Source of the DNA: Macrostomum hystrix
Lineage: Eukaryota; Animalia; Platyhelminthes
NCBI GenBank assembly: GCA_950097015.1
Contig: CATNEN010000015.1
Coordinates: 1,116,001-1,180,000 of the forward strand
DNA: 64,000 bases
Direction of reading: 5' to 3'
The translations under genes were made by a program, and so were the position numbers. Position 1 is the stretch's first letter, and the number at the start of each line of letters is the position of its first letter. Below, in pieces: positions 41,601 to 56,600 of the stretch. The notes below the pieces were generated by a model. The model was not told the DNA's origin and did no database searches. It was given only the letters and a program-made list of their open reading frames with translations.

Positions 41601-44600
41601 CAATCATTTCAGATCCTCATATTCAGATAGAATAATCCCAGATCCTCAGATTCAGATAGAATCATCCCAGATCCTCATATTCAGATAGAATCATCCCAGA
41701 TCCTCAGATTCAGATAGAATCATCCCAGATCCTCATATTCAGATAGAATCATCCCAGATCCTCAGATTCAGATAGAATCATCCCAGATCCTCAGAATCAG
41801 ATAGAATCATCCCAGATCCTCAGAATCAGATAGAATCATCCCAGATCCTCAGATTCAGATAGAATCATCCCAGATCCTCAGATTCGGATAGAATCATCCG
41901 AAATCCTCAGATTCAGATAGAATCATCCCAGATCCTCAGATTCAGATAGAATCATCCCAGATCCTCAGATTCAGATAGAATCATCCCAGATTCTCAGATT
42001 CAGATAGAATCATTTCAGATCCTCAGAATCAGATAGGATCATCCCAGATCCTCAGATTCAGATAGAATCATCCCAGATCCTCATATTCAGATAGAATCAT
42101 CCCAGATCCTCAGATTCAGATAGAATCATCCCAGATCCTCATATTCAGATAGAATCATCCCAGATCCTCAGATTCAGATAGAATCATCCCAGATCCTGAG
42201 ATTCAGATAGAATCATCCCAGATCCTCATATTCAGATAGAATCATCCCAGATCCTCATATTCAGATAGAATCATCCCAGATCCTCATATTCAGATAGAAT
42301 CATCCCAGATCCTCAGATTCAGATAGAATCATCCCAGATCCTCATATTCAGATAGAATCATCCCAGATCCTCAGATTCAGATAGAATCATCCCAGATCCT
42401 CAGAATCAGATAGAATCATCCCAGATCCTCAGAATCAGATAGAATCATCCCAGATCCTCAGATTCAGATAGAATCATCCCAGATCCTCAGATTCGGATAG
42501 AATCATCCCGGATCCTCATATTCAGATAGAATCATCCCAGATCCTCATATTCAGATAGAATCATCCCAGATCCTCATATTCAGATAGAATCATCCCAGAT
42601 CCTCATATTCAGATAGAATCATCCCAGATCCTCAGATTCAGATAGAATCATTCCAGATCCTCAGATTCAGATAGAATCATCCCAGATCCTCAGATTCAGA
42701 TAGAATCATCCCAGATCCTCAGATTCAGATAAAATCATCCCAGATCCTCAGATTCAGATAGAATCATCCCATATCCTCAGATTCAGATAGAATCATCCCA
42801 GATCCTGAGATTCAGATAGAATCATTTCAGATCCTCATATTCAGATAGAATCATCCCAGATCCTCAGAATCAGATAGAATCATCCCAGATCCTCAGATTC
42901 AGATAGAATCATCACAGATCCTCAGATTCAGATAGAATCATCCCAGATCCTCAGATTCAGATAGAATCATCCCAGATCCTCATATTCAGATAGAATCATC
43001 CCAGATCCTCATATTCAGATAGAATCATCCCAGATCCTCAGATTCAGATAGAATCATCCCAGATCCTCAGATTCAGATAGAATCATCCCAGATCCTGAGA
43101 TTCAGATAGAATCATTTCAGATCCTCATATTCAGATAGAATCATCCCAGATCCTCAGAATCAGATAGAATCATCCCAGATTCTCATATTCAGATACAATC
43201 ATTTCAGATCCTCATATTCAGATAGAATAATCCCAGATCCTCAGATTCAGATAGAATCATCCCAGATCCTCATATTCAGATAGAATCATCCCAGATCCTC
43301 AGATTCAGATAGAATCATCCCAGATCCTCAGATTCAGATAGAATCATCCCAGATCCTCAGATTCAGATAGAATCATCCCAGATCCTGAGATTCAGATAGA
43401 ATCATTTCAGATCCTCATATTCAGATAGAATCATCCCACATCCTCAGAATCAGATAGAATAATCCCAGATCCTCAGAATCAGATAGAATCATCCCAGATC
43501 CTCATATTCAGATAGAATCATCCCAGATCCTCAGATTCAGATAGAATCATCCCAGATCCTCATATTCAGATAGAATCATCCCAGATCCTCAGATTCAGAT
43601 AGAATCATCCCAGATCCTCAGAATCAGATGGAATCATCCCAGATCCTCAGAATCAGATAGAATCATCCCAGATCCTCAGATTCAGCTAGAATCATCCCAG
43701 ATCCTCAGATTCGGATAGAATCATCCCGGATCCTCATATTCAGATAGAATCATCCCAGATCCTCATATTCAGATAGAATCATCCCAGATCCTCATATTCA
43801 GATAGAATCATCCCAGATCCTCAGATTCAGATAGAATCATCCCAGATCCTCAGATTCAGATAGAATCATTCCAGATCCTCAGATTCAGATAGAATCATCC
43901 CAGATCCTCAGATTCAGATAGAATCATCCCAGATCCTCAGATTCAGATAAAATCATCCCAGATCCTCAGATTCAGATAGAATCATCCCAGATCCTCAGAT
44001 TCAGATAGAATCATCCCAGATCCTCATATTCAGATAGAATCATCCCAGATCCTCAGATTCAGATAGAATCATCCCAGATCCTCAGATTCGGATAGAATCA
44101 TCCCGGATCCTCATATTCAGATAGAATCATCCCAGATCCTCATATTCAGATAGAATCATCCCAGATCCTCAGATTCAGATAGAATCATCCCAGATCCTCA
44201 GATTCAGATAAAATCATTTCAGATCCTCATTTTCAGATAGAATCATCCCAGATCCTCAGATTCAGATAAAATCATCCCAGATCCTCAGATTCAGATAGAA
44301 TCATTTCAGATCCTCATATTCAGATAGAATCATCCCAGATCCTCAGATTCAGATAGAATCATCCCAGATCCTCAGATTCAGATAGAATCATCCCAGATCC
44401 TCAGATTCAGATAGAATCATCCCAGATCCTCAGATTCGGATAGAATCATCCGAAATCCTCAGATTCAGATAGAATCATCCCAGATCCTCAGATTCAGATA
44501 GAATCATCCCAGATCCTCAGATTCAGATAGAATCATCCCAGATTCTCAGATTCAGATAGAATCATTTCAGATCCTCAGAATCAGATAGAATCATCCCAGA

Positions 44601-47600
44601 TCCTCAGATTCAGATAGAATCATCCCAGATCCTCATATTCAGATAGAATCATCCCAGATCCTCAGATTCAGATAGAATCATCCCAGATCCTCATATTCAG
44701 ATAGAATCATCCCAGATCCTCAGATTCAGATAGAATCATCCCAGATCCTCAGATTCAGATAGAATCATCCCAGATCCTCAGATTCAGATAAAATCATTTC
44801 AGATCCTCATTTTCAGATAGAATCATCCCAGATCCTCAGATTCAGATAAAATCATCCCAGATCCTCAGATTCAGATAGAATCATTTCAGATCCTCATATT
44901 CAGATAGAATCATCCCAGATCCTCAGATTCAGATAGAATCATCCCAGATCCTCAGATTCAGATAGAATCATCCCAGATCCTCAGATTCAGATAGAATCAT
45001 CCCAGATCCTCAGATTCGGATAGAATCATCCGAAATCCTCAGATTCAGATAGAATCATCCCAGATCCTCAGATTCAGATAGAATCATCCCAGATCCTCAG
45101 ATTCAGATAGAATCATCCCAGATTCTCAGATTCAGATAGAATCATTTCAGATCCTCAGAATCAGATAGGATCATCCCAGATCCTCAGATTCAGATAGAAT
45201 CATCCCAGATCCTCATATTCAGATAGAATCATCCTAAATCCTCAGATTCAGATAGAATCATCCCAGATCCTCATATTCAGATAGAATCATTTCAGATCCT
45301 CATATTCAGATAGAATCATCCCAGATCCTCAGATTCAGATAGAATCATTTCAGATCCTCATATTCAGATAGAATCATCCCACATCCTCAGAATCAGATAG
45401 AATCATCCCAGATCCTCAGATTCAGATAGAATCATCCCAGATCCTCATATTCAGATAGAATCATCCCAGATCCTCTGATTCAGATAGAATCATTTCAGAT
45501 CCTCATATTCAGATAGAATCATCCCAGATCCTCAGATTCAGATAGAATCATCCCAGATCCTCAGATTCAGATACAATCATTTCAGATCCTCATATTCAGA
45601 TAGAATAATCCCAGATCCTCAGATTCAGATAGAATCATCCCAGATCCTCATATTCAGATAGAATCATCCCAGATCCTCAGATTCAGATAGAATCATCCCA
45701 GATCCTCATATTCAGATAGAATCATCCCAGATCCTCAGATTCAGATAGAATCATCCCAGATCCTCAGAATCAGATAGAATCATCCCAGATCCTCAGAATC
45801 AGATAGAATCATCCCAGATCCTCAGATTCAGATAGAATCATCCCAGATCCTCAGATTCGGATAGAATCATCCGAAATCCTCAGATTCAGATAGAATCATC
45901 CCAGATCCTCAGATTCAGATAGAATCATCCCAGATCCTCAGATTCAGATAGAATCATCCCAGATCCTCATATTCAGATAGAATCATCCCACATCCTCAGA
46001 ATCAGATAGAATCATCCCAGATCCTCAGATTCAGATAGAATCATCCCAGATCCTCATATTCAGATAGAATCATCCCAGATCCTCTGATTCAGATAGAATC
46101 ATTTCAGATCCTCATATTCAGATAGAATCATCCCAGATCCTCAGATTCAGATAGAATCATCCCAGATCCTCAGATTCAGATACAATCATTTCAGATCCTC
46201 ATATTCAGATAGAATAATCCCAGATCCTCAGATTCAGATAGAATCATCCCAGATCCTCATATTCAGATAGAATCATCCCAGATCCTCAGATTCAGATAGA
46301 ATCATCCCAGATCCTCATATTCAGATAGAATCATCCCAGATCCTCAGATTCAGATAGAATCATCCCAGATCCTCAGAATCAGATAGAATCATCCCAGATC
46401 CTCAGAATCAGATAGAATCATCCCAGATCCTCAGATTCAGATAGAATCATCCCAGATCCTCAGATTCGGATAGAATCATCCGAAATCCTCAGATTCAGAT
46501 AGAATCATCCCAGATCCTCAGATTCAGATAGAATCATCCCAGATCCTCAGATTCAGATAGAATCATCCCAGATTCTCAGATTCAGATAGAATCATTTCAG
46601 ATCCTCAGAATCAGATAGGATCATCCCAGATCCTCAGATTCAGATAGAATCATCCCAGATCCTCATATTCAGATAGAATCATCCCAGATCCTCAGATTCA
46701 GATAGAATCATCCCAGATCCTCATATTCAGATAGAATCATCCCAGATCCTCAGATTCAGATAGAATCATCCCAGATCCTGAGATTCAGATAGAATCATCC
46801 CAGATCCTCATATTCAGATAGAATCATCCCAGATCCTCATATTCAGATAGAATCATCCCAGATCCTCATATTCAGATAGAATCATCCCAGATCCTCAGAT
46901 TCAGATAGAATCATCCCAGATCCTCATATTCAGATAGAATCATTTCAGATCCTGATATTCAGATAGAATCATCCCAGATCCTCATATTCAGATAGAATCA
47001 TCCCAGATCCTCAGATTCAGATAGAATCATCCCAGATCCTCAGAATCAGATGGAATCATCCCAGATCCTCAGAATCAGATAGAATCATCCCAGATCCTCA
47101 GATTCAGCTAGAATCATCCCAGATCCTCAGATTCGGATAGAATCATCCCGGATCCTCATATTCAGATAGAATCATCCCAGATCCTCATATTCAGATAGAA
47201 TCATCCCAGATCCTCATATTCAGATAGAATCATCCCAGATCCTCAGATTCAGATAGAATCATCCCAGATCCTCAGATTCAGATAGAATCATTCCAGATCC
47301 TCAGATTCAGATAGAATCATCCCAGATCCTCAGATTCAGATAGAATCATCCCAGATCCTCAGATTCAGATAAAATCATCCCAGATCCTCAGATTCAGATA
47401 GAATCATCCCAGATCCTCAGATTCAGATAGAATCATCCCAGATCCTCATATTCAGATAGAATCATCCCAGATCCTCAGATTCAGATAGAATCATCCCAGA
47501 TCCTCAGATTCGGATAGAATCATCCCGGATCCTCATATTCAGATAGAATCATCCCAGATCCTCATATTCAGATAGAATCATCCCAGATCCTCAGATTCAG

Positions 47601-50600
47601 ATAGAATCATCCCAGATCCTCAGATTCAGATAAAATCATTTCAGATCCTCATTTTCAGATAGAATCATCCCAGATCCTCAGATTCAGATAAAATCATCCC
47701 AGATCCTCAGATTCAGATAGAATCATTTCAGATCCTCATATTCAGATAGAATCATCCCAGATCCTCAGATTCAGATAGAATCATCCCAGATCCTCAGATT
47801 CAGATAGAATCATCCCAGATCCTCAGATTCAGATAGAATCATCCCAGATCCTCAGATTCGGATAGAATCATCCGAAATCCTCAGATTCAGATAGAATCAT
47901 CCCAGATCCTCAGATTCAGATAGAATCATCCCAGATCCTCAGATTCAGATAGAATCATCCCAGATTCTCAGATTCAGATAGAATCATTTCAGATCCTCAG
48001 AATCAGATAGAATCATCCCAGATCCTCAGATTCAGATAGAATCATCCCAGATCCTCATATTCAGATAGAATCATCCCAGATCCTCAGATTCAGATAGAAT
48101 CATCCCAGATCCTCATATTCAGATAGAATCATCCCAGATCCTCAGATTCAGATAGAATCATCCCAGATCCTCAGATTCAGATAGAATCATCCCAGATCCT
48201 CTGATTCAGATAAAATCATTTCAGATCCTCATTTTCAGATAGAATCATCCCAGATCCTCAGATTCAGATAAAATCATCCCAGATCCTCAGATTCAGATAG
48301 AATCATTTCAGATCCTCATATTCAGATAGAATCATCCCAGATCCTCAGATTCAGATAGAATCATCCCAGATCCTCAGATTCAGATAGAATCATCCCAGAT
48401 CCTCAGATTCAGATAGAATCATCCCAGATCCTCAGATTCGGATAGAATCATCCGAAATCCTCAGATTCAGATAGAATCATCCCAGATCCTCAGATTCAGA
48501 TAGAATCATCCCAGATCCTCAGATTCAGATAGAATCATCCCAGATTCTCAGATTCAGATAGAATCATTTCAGATCCTCAGAATCAGATAGGATCATCCCA
48601 GATCCTCAGATTCAGATAGAATCATCCCAGATCCTCATATTCAGATAGAATCATCCCAGATCCTCAGATTCAGATAGAATCATCCCAGATCCTCATATTC
48701 AGATAGAATCATCCCAGATCCTCAGATTCAGATAGAATCATCCCAGATCCTGAGATTCAGATAGAATCATCCCAGATCCTCATATTCAGATAGAATCATC
48801 CCAGATCCTCAGATTCAGATAGAATCATCCCAGATCCTCATATTCAGATAGAATCATCCCAGATCCTCAGATTCAGATAGAATCATCCCAGATCCTCAGA
48901 TTCAGATAGAATCATCCCAGATCCTCAGATTCAGATAAAATCATTTCAGATCCTCATTTTCAGATAGAATCATCCCAGATCCTCAGATTCAGATAAAATC
49001 ATCCCAGATCCTCAGATTCAGATAGAATCATTTCAGATCCTCATATTCAGATAGAATCATCCCAGATCCTCAGATTCAGATAGAATCATCCCAGATCCTC
49101 AGATTCAGATAGAATCATCCCAGATCCTCAGATTCAGATAGAATCATCCCAGATCCTCAGATTCGGATAGAATCATCCGAAATCCTCAGATTCAGATAGA
49201 ATCATCCCAGATCCTCAGATTCAGATAGAATCATCCCAGATCCTCAGATTCAGATAGAATCATCCCAGATTCTCAGATTCAGATAGAATCATTTCAGATC
49301 CTCAGAATCAGATAGGATCATCCCAGATCCTCAGATTCAGATAGAATCATCCCAGATCCTCATATTCAGATAGAATCATCCCAGATCCTCAGATTCAGAT
49401 AGAATCATCCCAGATCCTCATATTCAGATAGAATCATCCCAGATCCTCAGATTCAGATAGAATCATCCCAGATCCTGAGATTCAGATAGAATCATCCCAG
49501 ATCCTCATATTCAGATAGAATCATCCCAGATCCTCATATTCAGATAGAATCATCCCAGATCCTCATATTCAGATAGAATCATCCCAGATCCTCAGATTCA
49601 GATAGAATCATCCCAGATCCTCATATTCAGATAGAATCATTTCAGATCCTGATATTCAGATAGAATCATCCCAGATCCTCAGATTCAGATAGAATCATCC
49701 TAAATCCTCAGATTCAGATAGAATCATCCCAGATCCTCATATTCAGATAGAATCATTTCAGATCCTCATATTCAGATAGAATCATCCCAGATCCTCAGAT
49801 TCAGATAGAATCATTTCAGATCCTCATATTCAGATAGAATCATCCCAGATCCTCTGATTCAGATAGAATCATTTCAGATCCTCATATTCAGATAGAATCA
49901 TCCCAGATCCTCAGATTCAGATAGAATCATCCCAGATCCTCATATTCAGATAGAATCATCCCAGATCCTCTGATTCAGATAGAATCATTTCAGATCCTCA
50001 TATTCAGATAGAATCATCCCAGATCCTCAGATTCAGATAGAATCATCCCAGATCCTCAGATTCAGATACAATCATTTCAGATCCTCATATTCAGATAGAA
50101 TAATCCCAGATCCTCAGATTCAGATAGAATCATCCCAGATCCTCATATTCAGATAGAATCATCCCAGATCCTCAGATTCAGATAGAATCATCCCAGATCC
50201 TCATATTCAGATAGAATCATCCCAGATCCTCAGATTCAGATAGAATCATCCCAGATCCTCAGAATCAGATAGAATCATCCCAGATCCTCAGAATCAGATA
50301 GAATCATCCCAGATCCTCAGATTCAGATAGAATCATCCCAGATCCTCAGATTCGGATAGAATCATCCCGGATCCTCATATTCAGATAGAATCATCCCAGA
50401 TCCTCATATTCAGATAGAATCATCCCAGATCCTCATATTCAGATAGAATCATCCCAGATCCTCATATTCAGATAGAATCATCCCAGATCCTCAGATTCAG
50501 ATAGAATCATTCCAGATCCTCAGATTCAGATAGAATCATCCCAGATCCTCAGATTCAGATAGAATCATCCCAGATCCTCAGATTCAGATAAAATCATCCC

Positions 50601-53600
50601 AGATCCTCAGATTCAGATAGAATCATCCCAGATCCTCAGATTCAGATAGAATCATCCCAGATCCTGAGATTCAGATAGAATCATTTCAGATCCTCATATT
50701 CAGATAGAATCATCCCAGATCCTCAGAATCAGATAGAATCATCCCAGATCCTCAGATTCAGATAGAATCATCACAGATCCTCAGATTCAGATAGAATCAT
50801 CCCAGATCCTCAGATTCAGATAGAATCATCCCAGATCCTCATATTCAGATAGAATCATCCCAGATCCTCAGATTCAGATAGAATCATCCCAGATCCTCAG
50901 ATTCAGATAGAATCATCCCAGATCCTCAGATTCAGATAGAATCATCCCAGATCCTGAGATTCAGATAGAATCATTTCAGATCCTCATATTCAGATAGAAT
51001 CATCCCAGATCCTCAGAATCAGATAGAATCATCCCAGATTCTCATATTCAGATACAATCATTTCAGATCCTCATATTCAGATAGAATAATCCCAGATCCT
51101 CAGATTCAGATAGTATCATCCCAGATCCTCATATTCAGATATAATCATCCCAGATCCTCAGATTCAGATAGAATCATCCCAGATCCTCAGATTCAGATAG
51201 AATCATCCCAGATCCTCAGATTCAGATAGAATCATCCCAGATCCTGAGATTCAGATAGAATCATTTCAGATCCTCATATTCAGATAGAATCATCCCACAT
51301 CCTCAGAATCAGATAGAATAATCCCAGATCCTCAGAATCAGATAGAATCATCCCAGATCCTCATATTCAGATAGAATCATCCCAGATCCTCAGATTCAGA
51401 TAGAATCATCCCAGATCCTCATATTCAGATAGAATCATCCCAGATCCTCAGATTCAGATAGAATCATCCCAGATCCTCAGAATCAGATGGAATCATCCCA
51501 GATCCTCAGAATCAGATAGAATCATCCCAGATCCTCAGATTCAGCTAGAATCATCCCAGATCCTCAGATTCGGATAGAATCATCCCGGATCCTCATATTC
51601 AGATAGAATCATCCCAGATCCTCAGATTCAGATAGAATCATCCCAGATCCTCATATTCAGATAGAATCATCCCAGATCCTCAGATTCAGATAGAATCATC
51701 CCAGATCCTCAGATTCGGATAGAATCATCCCGGATCCTCATATTCAGATAGAATCATCCCAGATCCTCATATTCAGATAGAATCATCCCAGATCCTCAGA
51801 TTCAGATAGAATCATCCCAGATCCTCAGATTCAGATAAAATCATTTCAGATCCTCATTTTCAGATAGAATCATCCCAGATCCTCAGATTCAGATAAAATC
51901 ATCCCAGATCCTCAGATTCAGATAGAATCATTTCAGATCCTCATATTCAGATAGAATCATCCCAGATCCTCAGATTCAGATAGAATCATCCCAGATCCTC
52001 AGATTCAGATAGAATCATCCCAGATCCTCAGATTCAGATAGAATCATCCCAGATCCTCAGATTCGGATAGAATCATCCGAAATCCTCAGATTCAGATAGA
52101 ATCATCCCAGATCCTCAGATTCAGATAGAATCATCCCAGATCCTCAGATTCAGATAGAATCATCCCAGATTCTCAGATTCAGATAGAATCATTTCAGATC
52201 CTCAGAATCAGATAGAATCATCCCAGATCCTCAGATTCAGATAGAATCATCCCAGATCCTCATATTCAGATAGAATCATCCCAGATCCTCAGATTCAGAT
52301 AGAATCATCCCAGATCCTCATATTCAGATAGAATCATCCCAGATCCTCAGATTCAGATAGAATCATCCCAGATCCTCAGATTCAGATAGAATCATCCCAG
52401 ATCCTCAGATTCAGATAGAATCATCCCAGATCCTGAGATTCAGATAGAATCATTTCAGATCCTCATATTCAGATAGAATCATCCCAGATCCTCAGAATCA
52501 GATAGAATCATCCCAGATCCTCAGAATCAGATAGAATCATCCCAGATCCTCTGATTCAGATAGAATCATTCCAGATCCTCAGAATCAGATAGAATCATCC
52601 CAGATCCTCAGAATCAGATAGAATCATCCCAGATCCTCATATTCAGATAGAATCATCCCAGATCCTCAGATTCAGATAGAATCATCCCAGATCCTCAGAT
52701 TCAGATAGAATCATCCCAGATCCTGAGATTCAGATAGAATCATTTCAGATCCTCATATTCAGATAGAATCATCCCACATCCTCAGAATCAGATAGAATAA
52801 TCCCAGATCCTCAGAATCAGATAGAATCATCCCAGATCCTCATATTCAGATAGAATCATTTCAGATCCTCATATTCAGATAGAATCATCCCAGATCCTCA
52901 GATTCAGATAGAATCATCCCAGATCCTCATATTCAGATAGAATCATCCCAGATCCTCAGATTCAGATAGAATCATCCCAGATCCTCAGATTCAGATAGAA
53001 TCATCCCAGATCCTCATATTCAGATAGAATCATTTCAGATCCTCAGAATCAGATAGAATCATTTCAGATCCTCAGAATCAGATAGAATAATCCCAGATCC
53101 TCAGATTCAGATAGAATCATCCCAGATCCTCAGATTCAGATAGAATCATCCCAGATCCTCAGATTCAGATAGAATCATCCCAGATCCTGAGATTCAGATA
53201 GAATCATTTCAGATCCTCTGATTCAGATAGAATCATTCCAGATCCTCAGAATCAGATAGAATCATTCCAGATCCTCAGAATCAGATAGAATCATCCCAGA
53301 TCCTCAGAATCAGATAGAATCATCCCAGATCCTCAGAATCAGATAGAATCATCCCAGATCCTCAGAATCAGATAGAATCATCCCAGATCCTCAGATTCAG
53401 ATAGAATCATCCTAAATCCTCAGATTCAGTTAGAATCATCCCAGATCCTCAGATTCAGATAGAATCATCCCAGATCCTCAGATTCAGATAGAATCATTCC
53501 AGATCCTCATATTCAGATAGAATCATCCCAGATCCTCAGAATCAGATAGAATAATCCCAGATCCTCAGATTCAGATAGAATCATTCCAGATCCTCAGATT

Positions 53601-56600
53601 CAGATAGAATCATCCCAGATCCTCAGATTCAGATAGAATCATCCCAGATCCTGAGATTCAGATAGAATCATTTCAGATCCTCTGATTCAGATAGAATCAT
53701 TCCAGATCCTCAGAATCAGATAGAATCATCCCAGATCCTCAGAATCAGATAGAATCATCCCAGATCCTCAGAATCCGATAGAATCATCCCAGATCCTCAG
53801 AATCAGATAGAATCATACCAGATCCTCAGAATCAGATAGAATCATCCCAGATCCTCATATTCAGGTAGAATCATTTCAGATCCTGATATTCAGATAGAAT
53901 CATCCCAGATCCTCAGATTCAGATAGAATCATCCTAAATCCTCAGATTCAGATAGAATCATCCCAGATCCTCATATTCAGATAGAATCATTTCAGATCCT
54001 CATATTCAGATAGAATCATCCCAGATCCTCAGATTCAGATAGAATCATCCCAGATCCTCATATTCAGATAGAATCATCCCAGATCCTCAGATTCAGATAG
54101 AATCATCCCAGATCCTCATATTCAGATAGAATCATCCCAGATCCTCAGATTCAGATAGAATCATCCCAGATCCTCAGATTCAGATAGAATCATCCCAGAT
54201 CCTCAGATTCAGATAGAATCATCCCAGATCCTGAGATTCAGATAGAATCATTTCAGATCCTCATATTCAGATAGAATCATCCCAGATCCTCAGAATCAGA
54301 TAGAATCATCCCAGATCCTCATATTCAGATACAATCATTTCAGATCCTCATATTCAGATAGAATAATCCCAGATCCTCAGATTCAGATAGAATCATCCCA
54401 GATCCTCAGAATCAGATAGAATCATCCCAGATCCTCAGAATCAGATAGAATCATTCCAGATCCTCAGATTCAGATAGAATCATCCCAGATCCTGAGATTC
54501 AGATAGAATAATTTCAGATCCTCATATTCAGATAGAATCATCCCACATCCTCAGAATCAGATAGAATCATCCCAGATCCTCAGATTCAGATAGAATCATC
54601 CCAGATCCTCATATTCAGATAGAATCATCCCAGATCCTCTGATTCAGATAGAATCATTTCAGATCCTCATATTCAGATAGAATCATCCCAGATCCTCAGA
54701 TTCAGATAGAATCATCCCAGATCCTCATATTCAGATACAATCATTTCAGATCCTCATATTCAGATAGAATAATCCCAGATCCTCAGATTCAGATAGAATC
54801 ATCCCAGATCCTCATATTCAGATACAATCATTTCAGATCCTCATATTCAGATAGAATAATCCCAGATCCTCAGATTCAGATAGAATCATCCCAGATCCTC
54901 ATATTCAGATAGAATCATCCCAGATCCTCAGATTCAGATAGAATCATCCCAGATCCTCAGATTCAGATAGAATCATCCCAGATCCTCAGATTCAGATAGA
55001 ATCATCCCAGATCCTCAGATTCAGATAGAATCATTTCAGATCCTCATATTCAGATAGAATCATCCCACATCCTCAGAATCAGATAGAATAATCCCAGATC
55101 CTCAGAATCAGATAGAATCATCCCAGATCCTCAGATTCAGATAGAATCATCCCAGATCCTCATATTCAGATAGAATCATCCCAGATCCTCAGATTCAGAT
55201 AGAATCATCCCAGATCCTCATATTCAGATAGAATCATCCCAGATCCTCAGATTCAGATAGAATCATCCCAGATCCTCAGAATCAGATGGAATCATCCCAG
55301 ATCCTCAGAATCAGATAGAATCATCCCAGATCCTCAGATTCAGCTAGAATCATCCCAGATCCTCAGATTCGGATAGAATCATCCCGGATCCTCATATTCA
55401 GATAGAATCATCCCAGATCCTCATATTCAGATAGAATCATCCCAGATCCTCATATTCAGATAGAATCATCCCAGATCCTCAGATTCAGATAGAATCATCC
55501 CAGATCCTCAGATTCAGATAGAATCATTCCAGATCCTCAGATTCAGATAGAATCATCCCAGATCCTCAGATTCAGATAGAATCATCCCAGATCCTCAGAT
55601 TCAGATAAAATCATCCCAGATCCTCAGATTCAGATAGAATCATCCCAGATCCTCAGATTCAGATAGAATCATCCCAGATCCTCATATTCAGATAGAATCA
55701 TCCCAGATCCTCAGATTCAGATAGAATCATCCCAGATCCTCAGATTCGGATAGAATCATCCCGGATCCTCATATTCAGATAGAATCATCCCAGATCCTCA
55801 TATTCAGATAGAATCATCCCAGATCCTCAGATTCAGATAGAATCATCCCAGATCCTCAGATTCAGATAAAATCATTTCAGATCCTCATTTTCAGATAGAA
55901 TCATCCCAGATCCTCAGATTCAGATAAAATCATCCCAGATCCTCAGATTCAGATAGAATCATTTCAGATCCTCATATTCAGATAGAATCATCCCAGATCC
56001 TCAGATTCAGATAGAATCATCCCAGATCCTCAGATTCAGATAGAATCATCCCAGATCCTCAGATTCAGATAGAATCATCCCAGATCCTCAGATTCGGATA
56101 GAATCATCCGAAATCCTCAGATTCAGATAGAATCATCCCAGATCCTCAGATTCAGATAGAATCATCCCAGATCCTCAGATTCAGATAGAATCATCCCAGA
56201 TTCTCAGATTCAGATAGAATCATTTCAGATCCTCAGAATCAGATAGAATCATCCCAGATCCTCAGATTCAGATAGAATCATCCCAGATCCTCATATTCAG
56301 ATAGAATCATCCCAGATCCTCAGATTCAGATAGAATCATCCCAGATCCTCATATTCAGATAGAATCATCCCAGATCCTCAGATTCAGATAGAATCATCCC
56401 AGATCCTCAGATTCAGATAGAATCATCCCAGATCCTCAGATTCAGATAGAATCATCCCAGATCCTGAGATTCAGATAGAATCATTTCAGATCCTCATATT
56501 CAGATAGAATCATCCCAGATCCTCAGAATCAGATAGAATCATCCCAGATCCTCAGAATCAGATAGAATCATCCCAGATCCTCTGATTCAGATAGAATCAT